The position numbers were made by a program, and so were the translations under genes. From the NCBI GenBank assembly GCA_964016885.1, contig OZ024744.1, positions 112,964,001 through 113,028,000 of the forward strand: DNA of 64,000 nucleotides. The letters are read 5' to 3'. Positions within the stretch are counted from its first letter, which is position 1; each line of letters opens with the position of its first letter. The notes under the pieces were generated by a model, which made no database searches, was not told the DNA's origin, and saw nothing but the letters and a program-made list of their open reading frames with translations. Of the stretch, positions 26,844 to 41,100 are shown one piece after another. Origin of the DNA: Eledone cirrhosa (taxonomy: Eukaryota).

Positions 26844-29800
26844 AACTTAGGCAGAGAATATATATGCATAATGTATTTATGTATGGATGTGTGTGAATGT
26901 GTGTAATTATTTCTAAACTTCTGTGTTTATGTAGCTACATGTGGATGCATTTTTGTGGCTATGTGTGTGTGTGTGTTTACGTGATAGTGCAATTGTACTC
27001 ATGCAGTGGAGTCCCACATACTTTACTGTTTAAATACTTGATTATAAAAAGAGAAGCTTAAAACCCTTTAGTGTTCAAACCGGCCAGAATTCTCTACCTC
27101 TTTCTGTTGAAACTGGCTGTAACTGGTCGCTCAAACTGATGTTAAGGTATTGTTTTCAAAATAAATTCTTTCAAAACCTCATAGATTCGATATTATGTGA
27201 GGTAAAGCCTTTACCATTAAAATATAATAGTATATATAAAATAATTGTTTCTACTTTAGGCACAAGGCCAGCAATTACCCAGTGCATTACTGGTACTTTA
27301 TTTTTATCGACCCCGTAAGGATGAAAAGCAAAGTCAATGTCGGCGGGATTTGAACTCAGATCATAAAGGGACGTAACTATGCTGGAAAGCATGGCGTCCG
27401 ACCCTCTACCGATACTGCCAATCAACCGCCCTATATATATATATATAGGGTAGTATATATATATATATATGTAGTATATATAAAATAATGTGAATGCTAA
27501 AGGGTTAATTAATTAAATAATCTGTATTTCTAATTAAGATTTTTTTTTCTTGCTAAACTGAATCAGATATACCATTCTGTTCAACAAAACCAGAAGAACC
27601 TTGACATAGATGGGTCCCCACCATAACTGGAGCCAGCTGGCCTCAACCACAGTAATGGTAAACTGCCTGATGTGATAACCTTCCCATTCCAGGGAGATAA
27701 ATCCCTAATCTGGGACAATGTGCTGCGACACGTTCTCTACCCCCTAACCCTGAAACTTTAGCCACAAACCCGGGTACCACCACCGTCCACAGTGCAGAAG
27801 AGAGGAAAATAACTAAATACCAGGTCTTGTCTGACCACTCTCTTTTCATGCTGACCACCGTTGAGACCTCTGGTGTGCTTGGTCCCTGAGCTACTATTTT
27901 GACTCCACAAAATCAGGATGACAGCAGCCCATCTGGGGAGGTACGGTGGTTGAGGCAGCAGCAGAAGTCTCTGTCAATGCCTTCACCACTCTGTCTGCTG
28001 CCCACAGCTGAATCATACCATTCTTTTTTTTTTTTACTTATGTAATTATATGCAATTGAAATGTCGACTCTTTGACACATCTGTGCAAAGTGCAGTTTTG
28101 TATGGTAGTGAGACACGGGCAGTGGTTGCAGAGGACATGTAGTGCTACATGGTAGTGAGACACGGGCAGTGATTGCAGAGGACATTTGGTGCTACATGGT
28201 AGTGAGACATGGGCAGTGGTTGCAGAGGACATGTGGTGCTACATGGTAGTGAGACACGGGCAGTGGTTGCAGAGGACATGTAGTGCTACATGGTAGTGAG
28301 ACACGGGCAGTGGTTGCAGAGGACATGTGGTGCTACATGGTAGTGAGACATGGGCAGTGATTGCAGAGGACATGTAGTGCTACATGGTAGTGAGACATGG
28401 GCAGTGATTGCAGAGGACATGTGGTGCTACATGGTAGTGAGACATGGGCAGTGATTGCAGAGGACGTGGTGCTACATGGTAGTGAGACACGGGCAGTGGT
28501 TGCAGAGGACATGTAGTGCTACATGGTAGTGAGAGACGGGCAGTGATTGCAGAGGACATTTGGTGCTACATGGTAGTGAGACATGGGCAGTGGTTGCAGA
28601 GGACATGTGGTGCTACATGGTAGTGAGACATGGGCAGTGGTTGCAGAGGACATGTAGTGCTACATGGTAGTGAGACATGGGCAGTGGTTGCAGAGGACAT
28701 GTGGTGCTACATGGTAGTGAGACACGGGCAGTGATTGCAGAGGACATGTGGTGCTACATGGTAGTGAGACACGGGCAGTGGTTGCAGAGGACATGTAGTG
28801 CTACATGGTAGTGAGACACGGGCAGTGGTTGCAGGGGACATGTGGTGCTACATGGTAGTGAGACATGGGCAGTGATTGCAGAGGACATGTGGTGCTACAT
28901 GGTAGTGAGACACGGGCAGTGATTGCAGAGGACATGTGGTGCTACATGGTAGTGAGACATGGGCAGTGATTGCAGAGGACATGTGGTGCTACATGGTAGT
29001 GAGACACGGACAGTGATTGCAGGGTACATGTGGTGCTACATGGTAGTGAGACATGGGCAGTGATTGCAGAGGACGTGGTGCTACATGGTAGTGAGACACG
29101 GGCAGTGATTGCAGAGGACATGTGGTGCTACATGGTAGTGAGACATGGGCAGTGATTGCAGAGGACATGTGGTGCTACATGGTAGTGAGATATAGGCAGT
29201 GATTGCAGAGGACATGTAGTGCTACATGGTAGTGAGACACGGGCAGTGATTGCAGAGGACATGTGGTGCTACATGGTAGTGAGACACGGGCAGTGATTGC
29301 AGAGGACATGTAGTGCTACTTGGTAGTGAGATATGGGCAGTGATTACAGAGGACATGTGGTGCTACATGGTAGTGAGACACGGGCAGTGATTGCAGAGGA
29401 CATGTGGTGCTACATGGTAGTGAGACATGGGCAGTGATTGCAGAGGACATGTGGTGCTACATGGTAGTGAGACACGGACAGTGATTGCAGGGTACATGTG
29501 GTGCTACATGGTAGTGAGACATGGGCAGTGATTGCAGAGGACGTGGTGCTTACATGGTAGTGAGACATGGGCAGTGATTGCAGAGGACATGTGGTGCTAC
29601 ATGGTAGTGAGATATAGGCAGTGATTGCAGAGGACATGTAGTGCTACATGGTAGTGAGACACGGGCAGTGATTGCAGAGGACATGTGGTGCTACATGGTA
29701 GTGAGACACGGGCAGTGATTGCAGAGGACATGTAGTGCTACCTGGTAGTGAGATATGGGCAGTGATTACAGAGGACATGTGGTGCTACATGGTAGTGAGA

Positions 29801-32427
29801 CATGAGCAGTGATTGCAGAGGACATGTGGTGCTACATGGTAGTGAGACATGGGCAGTGATTGCAGAGGACATGTTAGTGAGATATGGGCAGTGATTGCAG
29901 AGGACATGTGGTGCTACATGGTAGTGAGACATGGGCAATGATTGCAGAGGACATATGGTGCTACATGGTAGTGAGACATGGGCAGTGGTTGCAGAGGACA
30001 TGTGGTGCTACATGGTAGTGAGACATGGGTAGTGATTGCAGTGGATGTGTGAAAGCTGGAGAGAAATGAAGTGAAAATGTTTTGTTGGATGTGCAATGTT
30101 AATGTGAGAGAATGGCAGAGCTTGGATGAACTGAGGGAGAAACAGGGTTTAAGAAGAATCAGATATAGGAGGGAAGACTGCATTGGAATGGACATGTGAT
30201 GTGCATGGATGATGATCACTGAGTGGAGAAGTTGTCAGAAAATTTTAGTTGAAGGGAATCGCAGTAGAAGAAGACCAAGAAAAACTTGGGTGGAAGTGGT
30301 GAGAGCTGATCTTAAATCAGTGCAACACACAGTGGAGATGAAAAAGGAATGCAGCAAGTGGAGAGATGTTGTACTGAGAAAGAAGGACCCGTCCAACCCA
30401 AGCTGGCTTGGAACAACATATGTAAAATGATGATGATGATGAAATAAATTCATTCTTCACAGCTGACACTAATAAAGCTAGGTTTTCATTTGTTTATATA
30501 CAAGTTCACTTTCTTTATCTTTTGTTAGTCTTTACATTAGATTACAAGTTTATCTTATTCGAATATACCAATATGGTTCCGCTGTGAGATGGATTCAGGA
30601 AAGCCAACTGGCCTGTCCCTCGACATAGTGTAGCCACACGGCATCCAATACCTGAACTGAAGGTCCGCTGTGTGAAGGGTTCGGCATGGCCAACTGCACT
30701 GTCCCTCTGCATACTGGTGCCATCTAGTCCCAGGCTCCCAAAATGTAGTTTTGTACTGAAAAGGGTTCAGCGCAGACAAATTGGCCTGTCACTTCTCATA
30801 GTGGTGTCATCCAGTATCGGGCCCCAAAACTATGGTTACACTGTGAGATGGGTTCAGCACAGCCAACTGCCCCTTCTCATAACAGAGCCATCCAGTTCCA
30901 CACTGATGATGATGATGATATACCAATGTAATCCAAGGCCGGTTGTATGATGCCTGTGTGAGGAGCGCGATGCTGCATGGTAGTGAGACATGGGCAGCAA
31001 CTGCAGAGGATATGCGACGGCTGGAGAGAAATGAGGCAAGCATGCTCCATTGGATGTGCAATGTCAATGTACGTGAACGACCGACCAAGAATGAGTTGAG
31101 AGAGAAACTGTGTCTGAGAGGGATAGAATGTAGCATGCGGGAGAGGAGACTGAGGTGGTATGGACATGTGATGCGCATGGAGGATGACCGATGGGTGAAG
31201 AAGTGCCAGGAAATGCCTGTTGAAGGAAGACATAGTAGAGGTAGACCACGAAAAACATGGGCGGAGGTGGTGAAAACAGACCTCAGATCGCTGAAGCTCA
31301 CGGTGGAGATGACGAAGGACCGTGATAAGTGGAGAGATGCTGTGCTGAATAAGACCCGTCCCACCCTTGCAAGTAGGGAAAAGTGGATGTAAAATGATGA
31401 TGATGAAACACCAATAATTATTTCAACTCTTCTCTTCCAGACATCAATAATTGTGTTGGCCAGTGTCAAAATGGTGCTACCTGTGTTGTGAGTTTTACTT
31501 CTTACACTACTACTTCTTCTTCTCCTCCTCCTCTTCTTGGGAGGGTCGTGGGGGAAGAATTCTCAAACACTCCTTCCAGTGGGTCCTGTCAGAAACAACC
31601 AGCTCCAACTGATTCGGTTGCATCCCCAAGCAAGGCCAGCCAAGCTCATGGATGTTATCCAACCATCTTGCTCAAGGTCTACCCCTGGGTCTCCTACCTG
31701 TTGGTTTTGCTCATAAAATCTGTCCAGCAATTCTTTTCTGTAATTAAGGTGCTGAAATATTTTCACTTTGGTGGTCAATATTACACCTGTTATACTTTGG
31801 TGGTGAATATTACACCTGTTTTACTTTGGAGGGGAATATTACACTGGTTTCACTTTGGAGGTGAATAATAACACCAGTTTCACTTTTGATGTATCATTCA
31901 TGTTTCCTATTGCTTTTGATATGTTTTGAATGAATATAGTTTCAAAATGGTAGCAATTTTGTAAAAAATCATGTAATGGAATTGTGAAACAAAAGCTATA
32001 CTCTAAATGACACTTAAAACATTTAAGATATCAAAATATTAAAACCTTATAAATATTTTCTACTTATAAGAATTTCAAAACTGTGACATCTAAACATAAT
32101 GTATTGATTAGCTGTTTTGGCTTATAAATGGGATTTGGATTTTTGCCCATTTCTCAGACATAATGTAGAGGGTTAGCTTATATTCGGTTTTAGGGGTCAG
32201 CTTATATTTGAGTATCATGCCTGGAGATGGTTTGGCTTTGCCAGGCTTAAAAGGCCCAAGAAACACTGTATACCAATATGCATCCCTACAATTCCATAAG
32301 GAGTTATGGGACCCTACCATATTTAAGTATGTACAGTAATTATGGAAAATGTTCATATTCCACAATATTTCAAGCAAGCTACAACGCTCTCATATATATT
32401 CATTATACATTAACATATCATATATGC

Positions 32428-32487
<60 letters not shown>

Positions 32488-35400
32488 CGTTTCTGAATTT
32501 GTTTAGCAAGATTCTTTATCTGAAATCTGTGTGTTGAAACCGATATTGTTATACTTTGGGAGGGTCATGTTGCCAATAAGAAACACACGCACCAGTTGCT
32601 TTCACTTCAATTTATTATATATTTATAAATTTATAAATTTACAAATTTACAAATTTACAAACTTATAAATTTCTGGTTGGTTGGTTGGTTCCACAACAGA
32701 AAGGAAAGGCACAGAAACAAAGGAAAGGAATCCCCAGTCACTGAAGAGGTCACAGAGTGTGTGACGAAAGGACTATGACTATATATAAACAACTATCTGG
32801 TTGTGGAACCAACCAACCAACCAGAAATTTATAAGTTTGTAAATTTATAAATTTATAAATATATAATAAATTGAAGTGAAAGCAACTGGTGCGTGTGTTT
32901 CTTATTGGCAACATGACCCTCCCAAAGTATAACAATATATATATATTGTTGTACATATGAAGGTCTACATCTTTAATGAAATTATTTGGGCTTGCTTTTC
33001 ACCAGGAGGTCCGTTTTCTGGGGGATAAAGTCCTTAGGACTATGTTAGGAGGTAAGTTTAATTGATAATATGAAAATAAAACAAGGAAAAAAAAATGATT
33101 CCCCACAAAAATTGGTGTGAGTGTCTTTCTATAAATTTACCAAAATATCTGTCTGTATAATGTTGTTGTTGTTGTTGTTGTTGTTTGCAGAACCTTGTAA
33201 ATGATTACCGCTGCCAGTGCCAAGCAGGATTTACAGGGCAGCACTGCGATTTATCTATAAATATGTGCCACAGCCTTCCTTGTCTAAATGGTGGGATATG
33301 TCATAACATTTATGACGGCTTCACATGTCAGTGTCCTTCTGGATATGTCGGTTTACAGTGTCAGGTATGACATTCACATTTACAAACTAAATATTCACAT
33401 TTTCTTCTTTATTTCTTTCTTTTTTCTAGTGATGGTTGTAGGGAGGTTGCTTTTATTATTTTTTTTTTTAATGTATAATCTTCCCTATTAATCAATCTTT
33501 TTGATGGTGGTGGTGGTGGTGTTATTGTTAGGGAGGTGGTGGTGGTGTTGTTTTTAGGGTGGTGGTGGTGGTGGTGGTGATGTTGTTGTGAGAGAGGTGG
33601 TAAAGGTGGTGGTGGTGGTGTCTGAGACATTCATCTAAGTATGTATGAAATCTGAGAATGTGATGGTAAGTAGCACAGAAGATAACAAGTGTACTTGGTT
33701 TGTTGAATATGTGGAAGAAAGAGCAGTCAGCTCCCCTCACAATCACGCTATCTTAAACAAGGAAAGATACATTGATTATTCAATATCCTGTTTTCAATTT
33801 TTATCCTCCCCCTTCACTGTAACTCTTACAATTTCCTCTATTTATCTATTTATTTATTCAATTTAAACGTCCGTATAGAGCTAGTAAGCCATGACAGACT
33901 AGGGGGAAGTATCTAGTACTTCTTACAGTTGAGAGACAAAAGCAAGATATACTGAGATAAGTGAATATAAAAATTAAAATAAAAGTGAAGGGAAACTGGA
34001 GGTAAAATAAGCATAAAAATGGATAAAGAAAAAATGGTAAACAAGAGAAGCTGTGAATCTGTTAATAACCTCCATATAGTGAAATATCTTGTTTATAGTT
34101 AACAGATCTTTTACAATATATTGTATCTTGGTAGAATTTTTATGATTGGCTTCAAGATGGCCTCTTTCTGATAATAATTTCGCATTGAAAAGAATAGTGG
34201 CAAAGAGTTTCTGGGCAGCCACCACAGGAACATAGAGGTGATTCTTCATGACCATTCATGATAAAATGTAATTCAATGGTATATATCCAGTTCTCGTCAA
34301 CATAGTCTCTTTTTTTTTTATTAACATTGCTCTATGTCTGATATAAATGTCAGATCTGGTTGAGAAAGTGGAGGATTGAAATTTGACAGCTTATCTCTAG
34401 ATTCTTCCTGAAACTTTTAAAAGTTAAAACTATTCCATTATCTGTTGCAGTATCGATAGAGGGTCGGACGCCATGCTTTGACGCATAGAGTTGCGGCCCT
34501 TGCCATTCTGAGTTCAAATCCCGCCGAGGTTAACTTTGCCTTTCATCCTTACGGGGTCGATAAAATAAAGTACCAGTAATGTACTGGGTAATTTCTGGCC
34601 TTGTGCCAATAGTAGAAACAATTATCTGTTAAAAAGTTATGGCTGTTTATGCGAGGGGCCTCTTCCAAAACTCATCTGAGCCTTCCTGCTATTTTACTTT
34701 AGCATATAGCAATAATTGTTTCTACTTTAGGCACAAGGCCAGCAATTACCAGTGCATTACTGGTACTTTATTTTATCGACCCCGTAAGGATGAAAGGCAA
34801 AGTCAACCTCGGCGGGATTTGAACTCAGATGGTAAAGGGACGTAACTATGCTGGAAAGCATGGCGTCCGACCCTCTACCGATACTGCCAATCCACCGCCC
34901 TATATAGCAATAATATAGCAATAGCAATAGCATATAGCAATAGCATATAACAATAATAAAGAATAATTGATAAATGTACCAGGGGAAGCAACTCTTCTAG
35001 GTTCGATAAACTATCAAATTTAGAGTGATGTATGGGGTTGGGAAGTGGAAGAGAGAGAGTGATGGACTAAATTGTAAATAACTTAAATAAGATTACCTGT
35101 AGACTCTACCTGTATATTCCCCCAATTCAGCAAAATGTTACAATGGGGCCACACTGGATTGTCCTTTATTCAATCAATGCAACAAAACTAGCTTTTCCTT
35201 GCCCGGTCTTCGCTTGGTCAACAGAGACGGTCAATAACTTCAACTCATTAATCCAGGGGGGTCACGTTGCTGTGACCCCACATCAACTTATTAATCCAGG
35301 GGGCTCATGTTGCTGTGACCCCACATCAACTCATTAATCCAGGGGGTCACGTTGCTATTACCCCACGTCAACTTATTAATCCAGGGGGGGTCACTTTGGT

Positions 35401-38075
35401 ATGACCCCACGTCAACTTATTAATCCAGGGGCGTCACGTTGGTATGACCCCACGTCAACTTATTAATCCAGGGGCGTCACGTTGGTATGACCCCACGTCA
35501 ACTCATTAATCCAGGGGGTCACTTTGGTATGACCCCACGTCAACTTATTAATCCAGGGGCGTCACGTTATGACCCCACGTCAACTTATTAATCCAGGGGG
35601 TCATGTTGCTGTGACCCTACGTCAACTCATTAATCCAGGGGGTCACTTTGGTATGACCCCACGTCAACTTATTAATCCAGGGGGTCACGTTGCTGTGACC
35701 CCACGTCAACTTATTAATCCAGGGGGGTCACTTTGGTATGACCCCATGTCAACTTATTAATCCAGGGGGATCACGTTGTTATGACCCCACGTCAACTTAT
35801 TAATCCAGGGGCGTCACGTTGTTATGACCCCACGTCAACTTATTAATCCAGGGGGGTCACGTTGCTATGACCCCACATCAACTCATTAATCCAGGGGGTC
35901 ACGTTGGTATGACCCCACGTCAACTTCACAAATAGCATCTTCTTTGTCATTTATAGTGTTTGGACAGCAACAAACATGATCAATATATTTTAGGTATTGG
36001 TTCCTGATCATAGTTCTGAGACTGTTGTTGTTGTTGTTGTTGTCTTTAGTTATATCAGGATTGTGTTCCATATAAGAAACAGCATGAAACACATGCTGCC
36101 ATTACCTTGATTCTTGTTGTCATGTTCGCTTTCTCATTTTAAATAGGTAAGATTTATCAGAAATTGATGGAAAAATATAACTATACAGATCTATCAAACC
36201 CCCTTCATCAGTATAAATGTAGTAAGGGCATATTGCATTTATGTATTTCTTTCTAACAAACGCGTTTGGAAATGGTGAACAGAATTTGAAATTTACGAGA
36301 CAGAAGCTTCAAGTTTTTTGTTTTTTAGTCTAAATAACAAGACATATAAATCCCCTTAATAGAAAAAAAGTTAACATTAGCACCAGTGGAACCTGAAACC
36401 ACTCCTTCATGCTTGCTGGACAGGAATACAACCATTACATCAAAGAGCCCATCATATTTTCTTCCATTGGCAGTATTGGTAGCACATCAGACACATTTCT
36501 TTGCAGTATAGAGAATGGCCCTTCATATTCTGATTTCAAATCTTGCCAATGTTAACTTTGCTTTTCATCCTTACTGGGATAATTGCTGGCCTTGTGCCAA
36601 AAGTTGAAACAATTATTTAACAACGAGAAATAAATAAATAAATGTGTATTGAGAAAAGATGAGTGGGAAAATGGTTTCCCTATTTATTGATATTTTTTTG
36701 TTATATCACCAAACATTGCTTCTTTCTATATCAATTTATTCTTAAATTCTGAATTGTTAAAAACCAACATGAATTTATATGGTATTATTTTATTTCTATC
36801 AACAGATTGCTATCAATTTGTGCCAACGAAACCCTTGCAGGTCTGGTTCTACATGTTACGATATGCGAGGAGATTTTTACTGCCATTGTCCATCTGGTTT
36901 CGAAGGAAAAACTTGTGAAAAACAGAAGAAAATATGTCCAAATGGTTCTTGTGATGGTTTGTATAAAGTTTGGCCATTTCTTCATATTAACATTATTTTC
37001 CATTCAGCTCATGTTTTTTTCTGTTTGGAAGGAGATTGAATTAAGTGTAAGAATTACACTGCTATTAACAGATATTGACCAGTGTATCATATCTGTTATT
37101 GACCCTTGTATCATATCTGTTATTGACCCTTGTATCATATCTGTTATTGACCCCTGTATCATATCTGTTATTGACCACTGTATTATATCTATTGTTAACA
37201 GTTATTGACCACTGTACCATATCTGTTCCGTCCAACCGAAGTAGTGGAGAGGTGCGTTCAATATCGTCAAACATCTGTGGTAAACATGGAATTTGTCGAG
37301 GCCAGCCTGGGAATGGTTTTACCTGTGAATGTCAGTCGGGTTACCATGGAAGATATTGCCACGAAAGTAAGAAAGTTTATAATTATTTGCTTTCTTTTTG
37401 TTACTGTATGTCCATTCTCTTACATACACATATACTGATAGATGCACAAAATCACACTACCACAAGATGGTTTGTGCACCTAAGGCAGCGTAGCACCGAG
37501 CCACACACACAGTTATGTCTATATATATATCCTAGAATTCTGTGATGCCAATGAAATGTCGATATGTCAAACAAACTTCAAAAAATCCAACAACAACCTG
37601 ACTACCTATAGATCAGGGGAACATTCTTATCAGAGGATGAGATAGATGGATGGTTGTACACATGAAAGCCTTCCCTAGATAGGAATGTACCTCCCAACAT
37701 AACTTAGTTGTCAGCGACCTCATTGTCAGAACTAGACGAACTTGGAAACAGAAGGCAACCTGGAGAAGAAAGATCTGGAAGCTGAAAGACCTCTCAGCCA
37801 GTAACATATCTTACTTGATGCCTATTACAGTAAAGAAGAACAGATAGAGACATTCAATGTAGAAGAGCACTGGGAGTTCCTAAAAAATAACTTACTAAAG
37901 GCGACAGATAAGATTTGTGGTTGGAGCAAGACCACAGGAAGAAGGAGAGTGACTTGGTGGTGGAACAATAAGGTAGATGAGGCAGTTAAGGCTAAGAGAC
38001 AGGCATGGAAAGAATGGAAGAACGGGGAAAGTAGGGTACATTACATAGAGACCAGGAGGGAAGCTAGCTGACAAG

Positions 38076-38106
<31 letters not shown>

Positions 38107-41100
38107 TCATTTTTTAATTTGTTTTGCGAGATTTCTTATCTGAAAATGTATGTTGAAACAGATATTGTTATATTTTGGTATGGTCATGTTGCCAATAAAA
38201 ACACATGCACCTGTTGGTTTTCACTTCAATTTATTACAAATTTCCGGTTGGTTGGTTGGATAACCGGATGGTTGTTTATATATTGTCAAAGCTCTTTCAT
38301 CACACATTCTGTGACCTCCTCAGTGACTAGGTTTTTATTTTGTGTCTCTCCTTTGTTCTGCCCTACACCATCTTGTTTTTGTAAATGTTACATTAAAAAG
38401 TTTAATCAAATATTTTTTTTAAAGTCTCTTCTCTTATTTTGTGTATTTTTGAGTATTGATATATTTGTTTGTTGAATACTCTATTTTGTATTTCTGTTTT
38501 CTCATTTCAGACATAAATGACTGCTTGCATGAGCCATGTCGTAACCAAGGCACATGCATTGATGGTGTCCAATCTTACCAGTGTGTTTGTGCCCCAGGAT
38601 GGGAAGGTAGAGAATGTAGCCGCAGTGAGTAACACATAAATTTCCAGATGAATTTTTATTTTAAAATATAGATTTATTGTTAAACCTATAGCAGTGGAAA
38701 CATCTGGTTTATGGGGTTCCTGAAGCACCTCCCTACTTACTGTCAGTGGGATAGAGAGGGGCATCCATTCAAGTGAGCACTTGAGAGTTGGAAAGGTAAC
38801 ACCATTCACAATTCTGTCCTCTGGGACTGAGAAAACATCTACTGATATTTTACAAATATGAGATGATAGTACATTAATTTAGTTTATCATATCAACCTCA
38901 CTACTGTTTTACTGGTGTCAGTCATTAGACTGTGGCCATACTGGGGCACTACCTTGATATAGTCTACCATATCAACCTCAGTACTGTTTTAATGGTGTCA
39001 GTCATTAGACTGTGGCCATACTGGGGCACCACCTTGATATAGTCTACCATATCAACCTCAGTACTGTTTTACTGGTGTCAGTCATTAGACTGTGGCCATA
39101 CTGGGGCACTACCTTGATATAGTCTACCATATCAACCTCAGTACTGTTTTACTGGTGTCAGTCATTAGACTGTGGCCATACTGGGGCACTACCTTGATAT
39201 AGTCTACCATATCAACCTCAGTACTGTTTTACTGGTGTCAGTCATTAGACTGTGGCCATACTGGGGCACTACCTTGATATAGTCTACCATATCAACCTCA
39301 GTACTGTTTTACTGGTGTCAGTCATTAGACTGTGGCCATACTGGGGCACTACCTTGATATAGTCTACCCTATCAACCTCACTACTGTTTTAATGGTGTCA
39401 GTCATTAGACTGTGGCCATACTGGGGCACTACCTTGATATAGTCTACCATATCAACCTCAGTACTGTTTTACTGGTGTCAGTCATTAGACTGTGGCCATA
39501 CTGGGGCACTACCTTGATATAGTCTACCATATCAACCTCACTACTGTTTTACTGGTGTCAGTCATTAGACTGTGGCCATACTGGGGCACTACCTTGATAT
39601 AGTCTACCATATCAACCTCACTACTGTTTTACTGGTGTCAGTCATTAGACTGTGGCCATACTGGGGCACTACCTTGATATAGTCTACCATATCAACCTCA
39701 CTACTGCTTTACTGGTGTCAGTCATTAGACTGTGGCCATACTGGGGCACCACCTTGATATAGTCTACCATATCAACCTCAGTACTGTTTTACTGGTGTCA
39801 GTCATTAGACTGTGGCCATACTGGGGCACTACCTTGATATAGTCTACCATATCAACCTCAGTACTGTTTTACTGGTGTCAGTCATTAGACTGTGGCCATA
39901 CTGGGGCACTACCTTGATATAGTCTACTATATCAACCTCACTACTGTTTTACTGGTGTCAGTCATTAGACTGTGGCCATACTGGGGCACTACCTTGATAT
40001 AGTCTACCATATCAACCTCAGTACTGTTTTACTGGTGTCAGTCATTAGACTGTGGCCATACTGGGGCACTACCTTGATATAGTCTACCATATCAACCTCA
40101 CTACTGTTTTACTGGTGTCAGTCATTAGACTATGGCCATACTGGGGCACTACCTTGATATAGTCTACCATATCAACCTCAGTACTGTTTTACTGGTGTCA
40201 GTCATTAGACTGTGGCCATACTGGGGCACTACCTTGATATAGTCTACCATATCAACCTCAGTACTGTTTTACTGGTGTCAGTCATTAGACTGTGGCCATA
40301 CTGGGGCACCACCTTGATATAGTCTACCATATCAACCTCAGTACTGTTTTACTGGTGTCAGTCATTAGACTGTGGCCATACTGGGGCACTACCTTGATAT
40401 AGTCTACCATATCAACCTCACTACTGTTTTACTGGTGTCAGTCATTAGACTGTGGCCATACTGGGGCACTACCTTGATATAGTCTACTATATCAACCTCA
40501 GTACTGTTTTACTGGTGTCAGTCATTAGACTGTGGCCATACTGGGGCACTACCTTGATATAGTCTACCATATCAACCTCACTACTGTTTTACTGGTGTCA
40601 GTCATTAGACTGTGGCCATACTGGGGCACCACCTTGATATAGTCTACCATATCAACCTCAGTACTGTTTTAATGGTGTCAGTCATTAGACTGTGGCCACA
40701 CTGGGGCACTACCTTGATATAGTCTACCATATCAACCTCAGTACTGTTTTACTGGTGTCAGTCATTAGACTGTGGCCATACTGGGGCACTACCTTGATAT
40801 AGTCTACCATATCAACCTCAGTACTGTTTTACTGGTGTCAGTCATTAGACTGTGGCCATACTGGGGCACTACCTTGATATAGTCTACCATATCAACCTCA
40901 GTACTGTTTTACTGGTGTCAGTCATTAGACTGTGGCCATACTGGGGCACTACCTTGATATAGTCTACCATATCAACCTCAGTACTGTTTTACTGGTGTCA
41001 GTCATTAGACTGTGGCCATACTGGGGCACTACCTTGATATAGTCTACCATATCAACCTCACTACTGTTTTACTGGTGTCAGTCATTAGACTGTGGCCATA

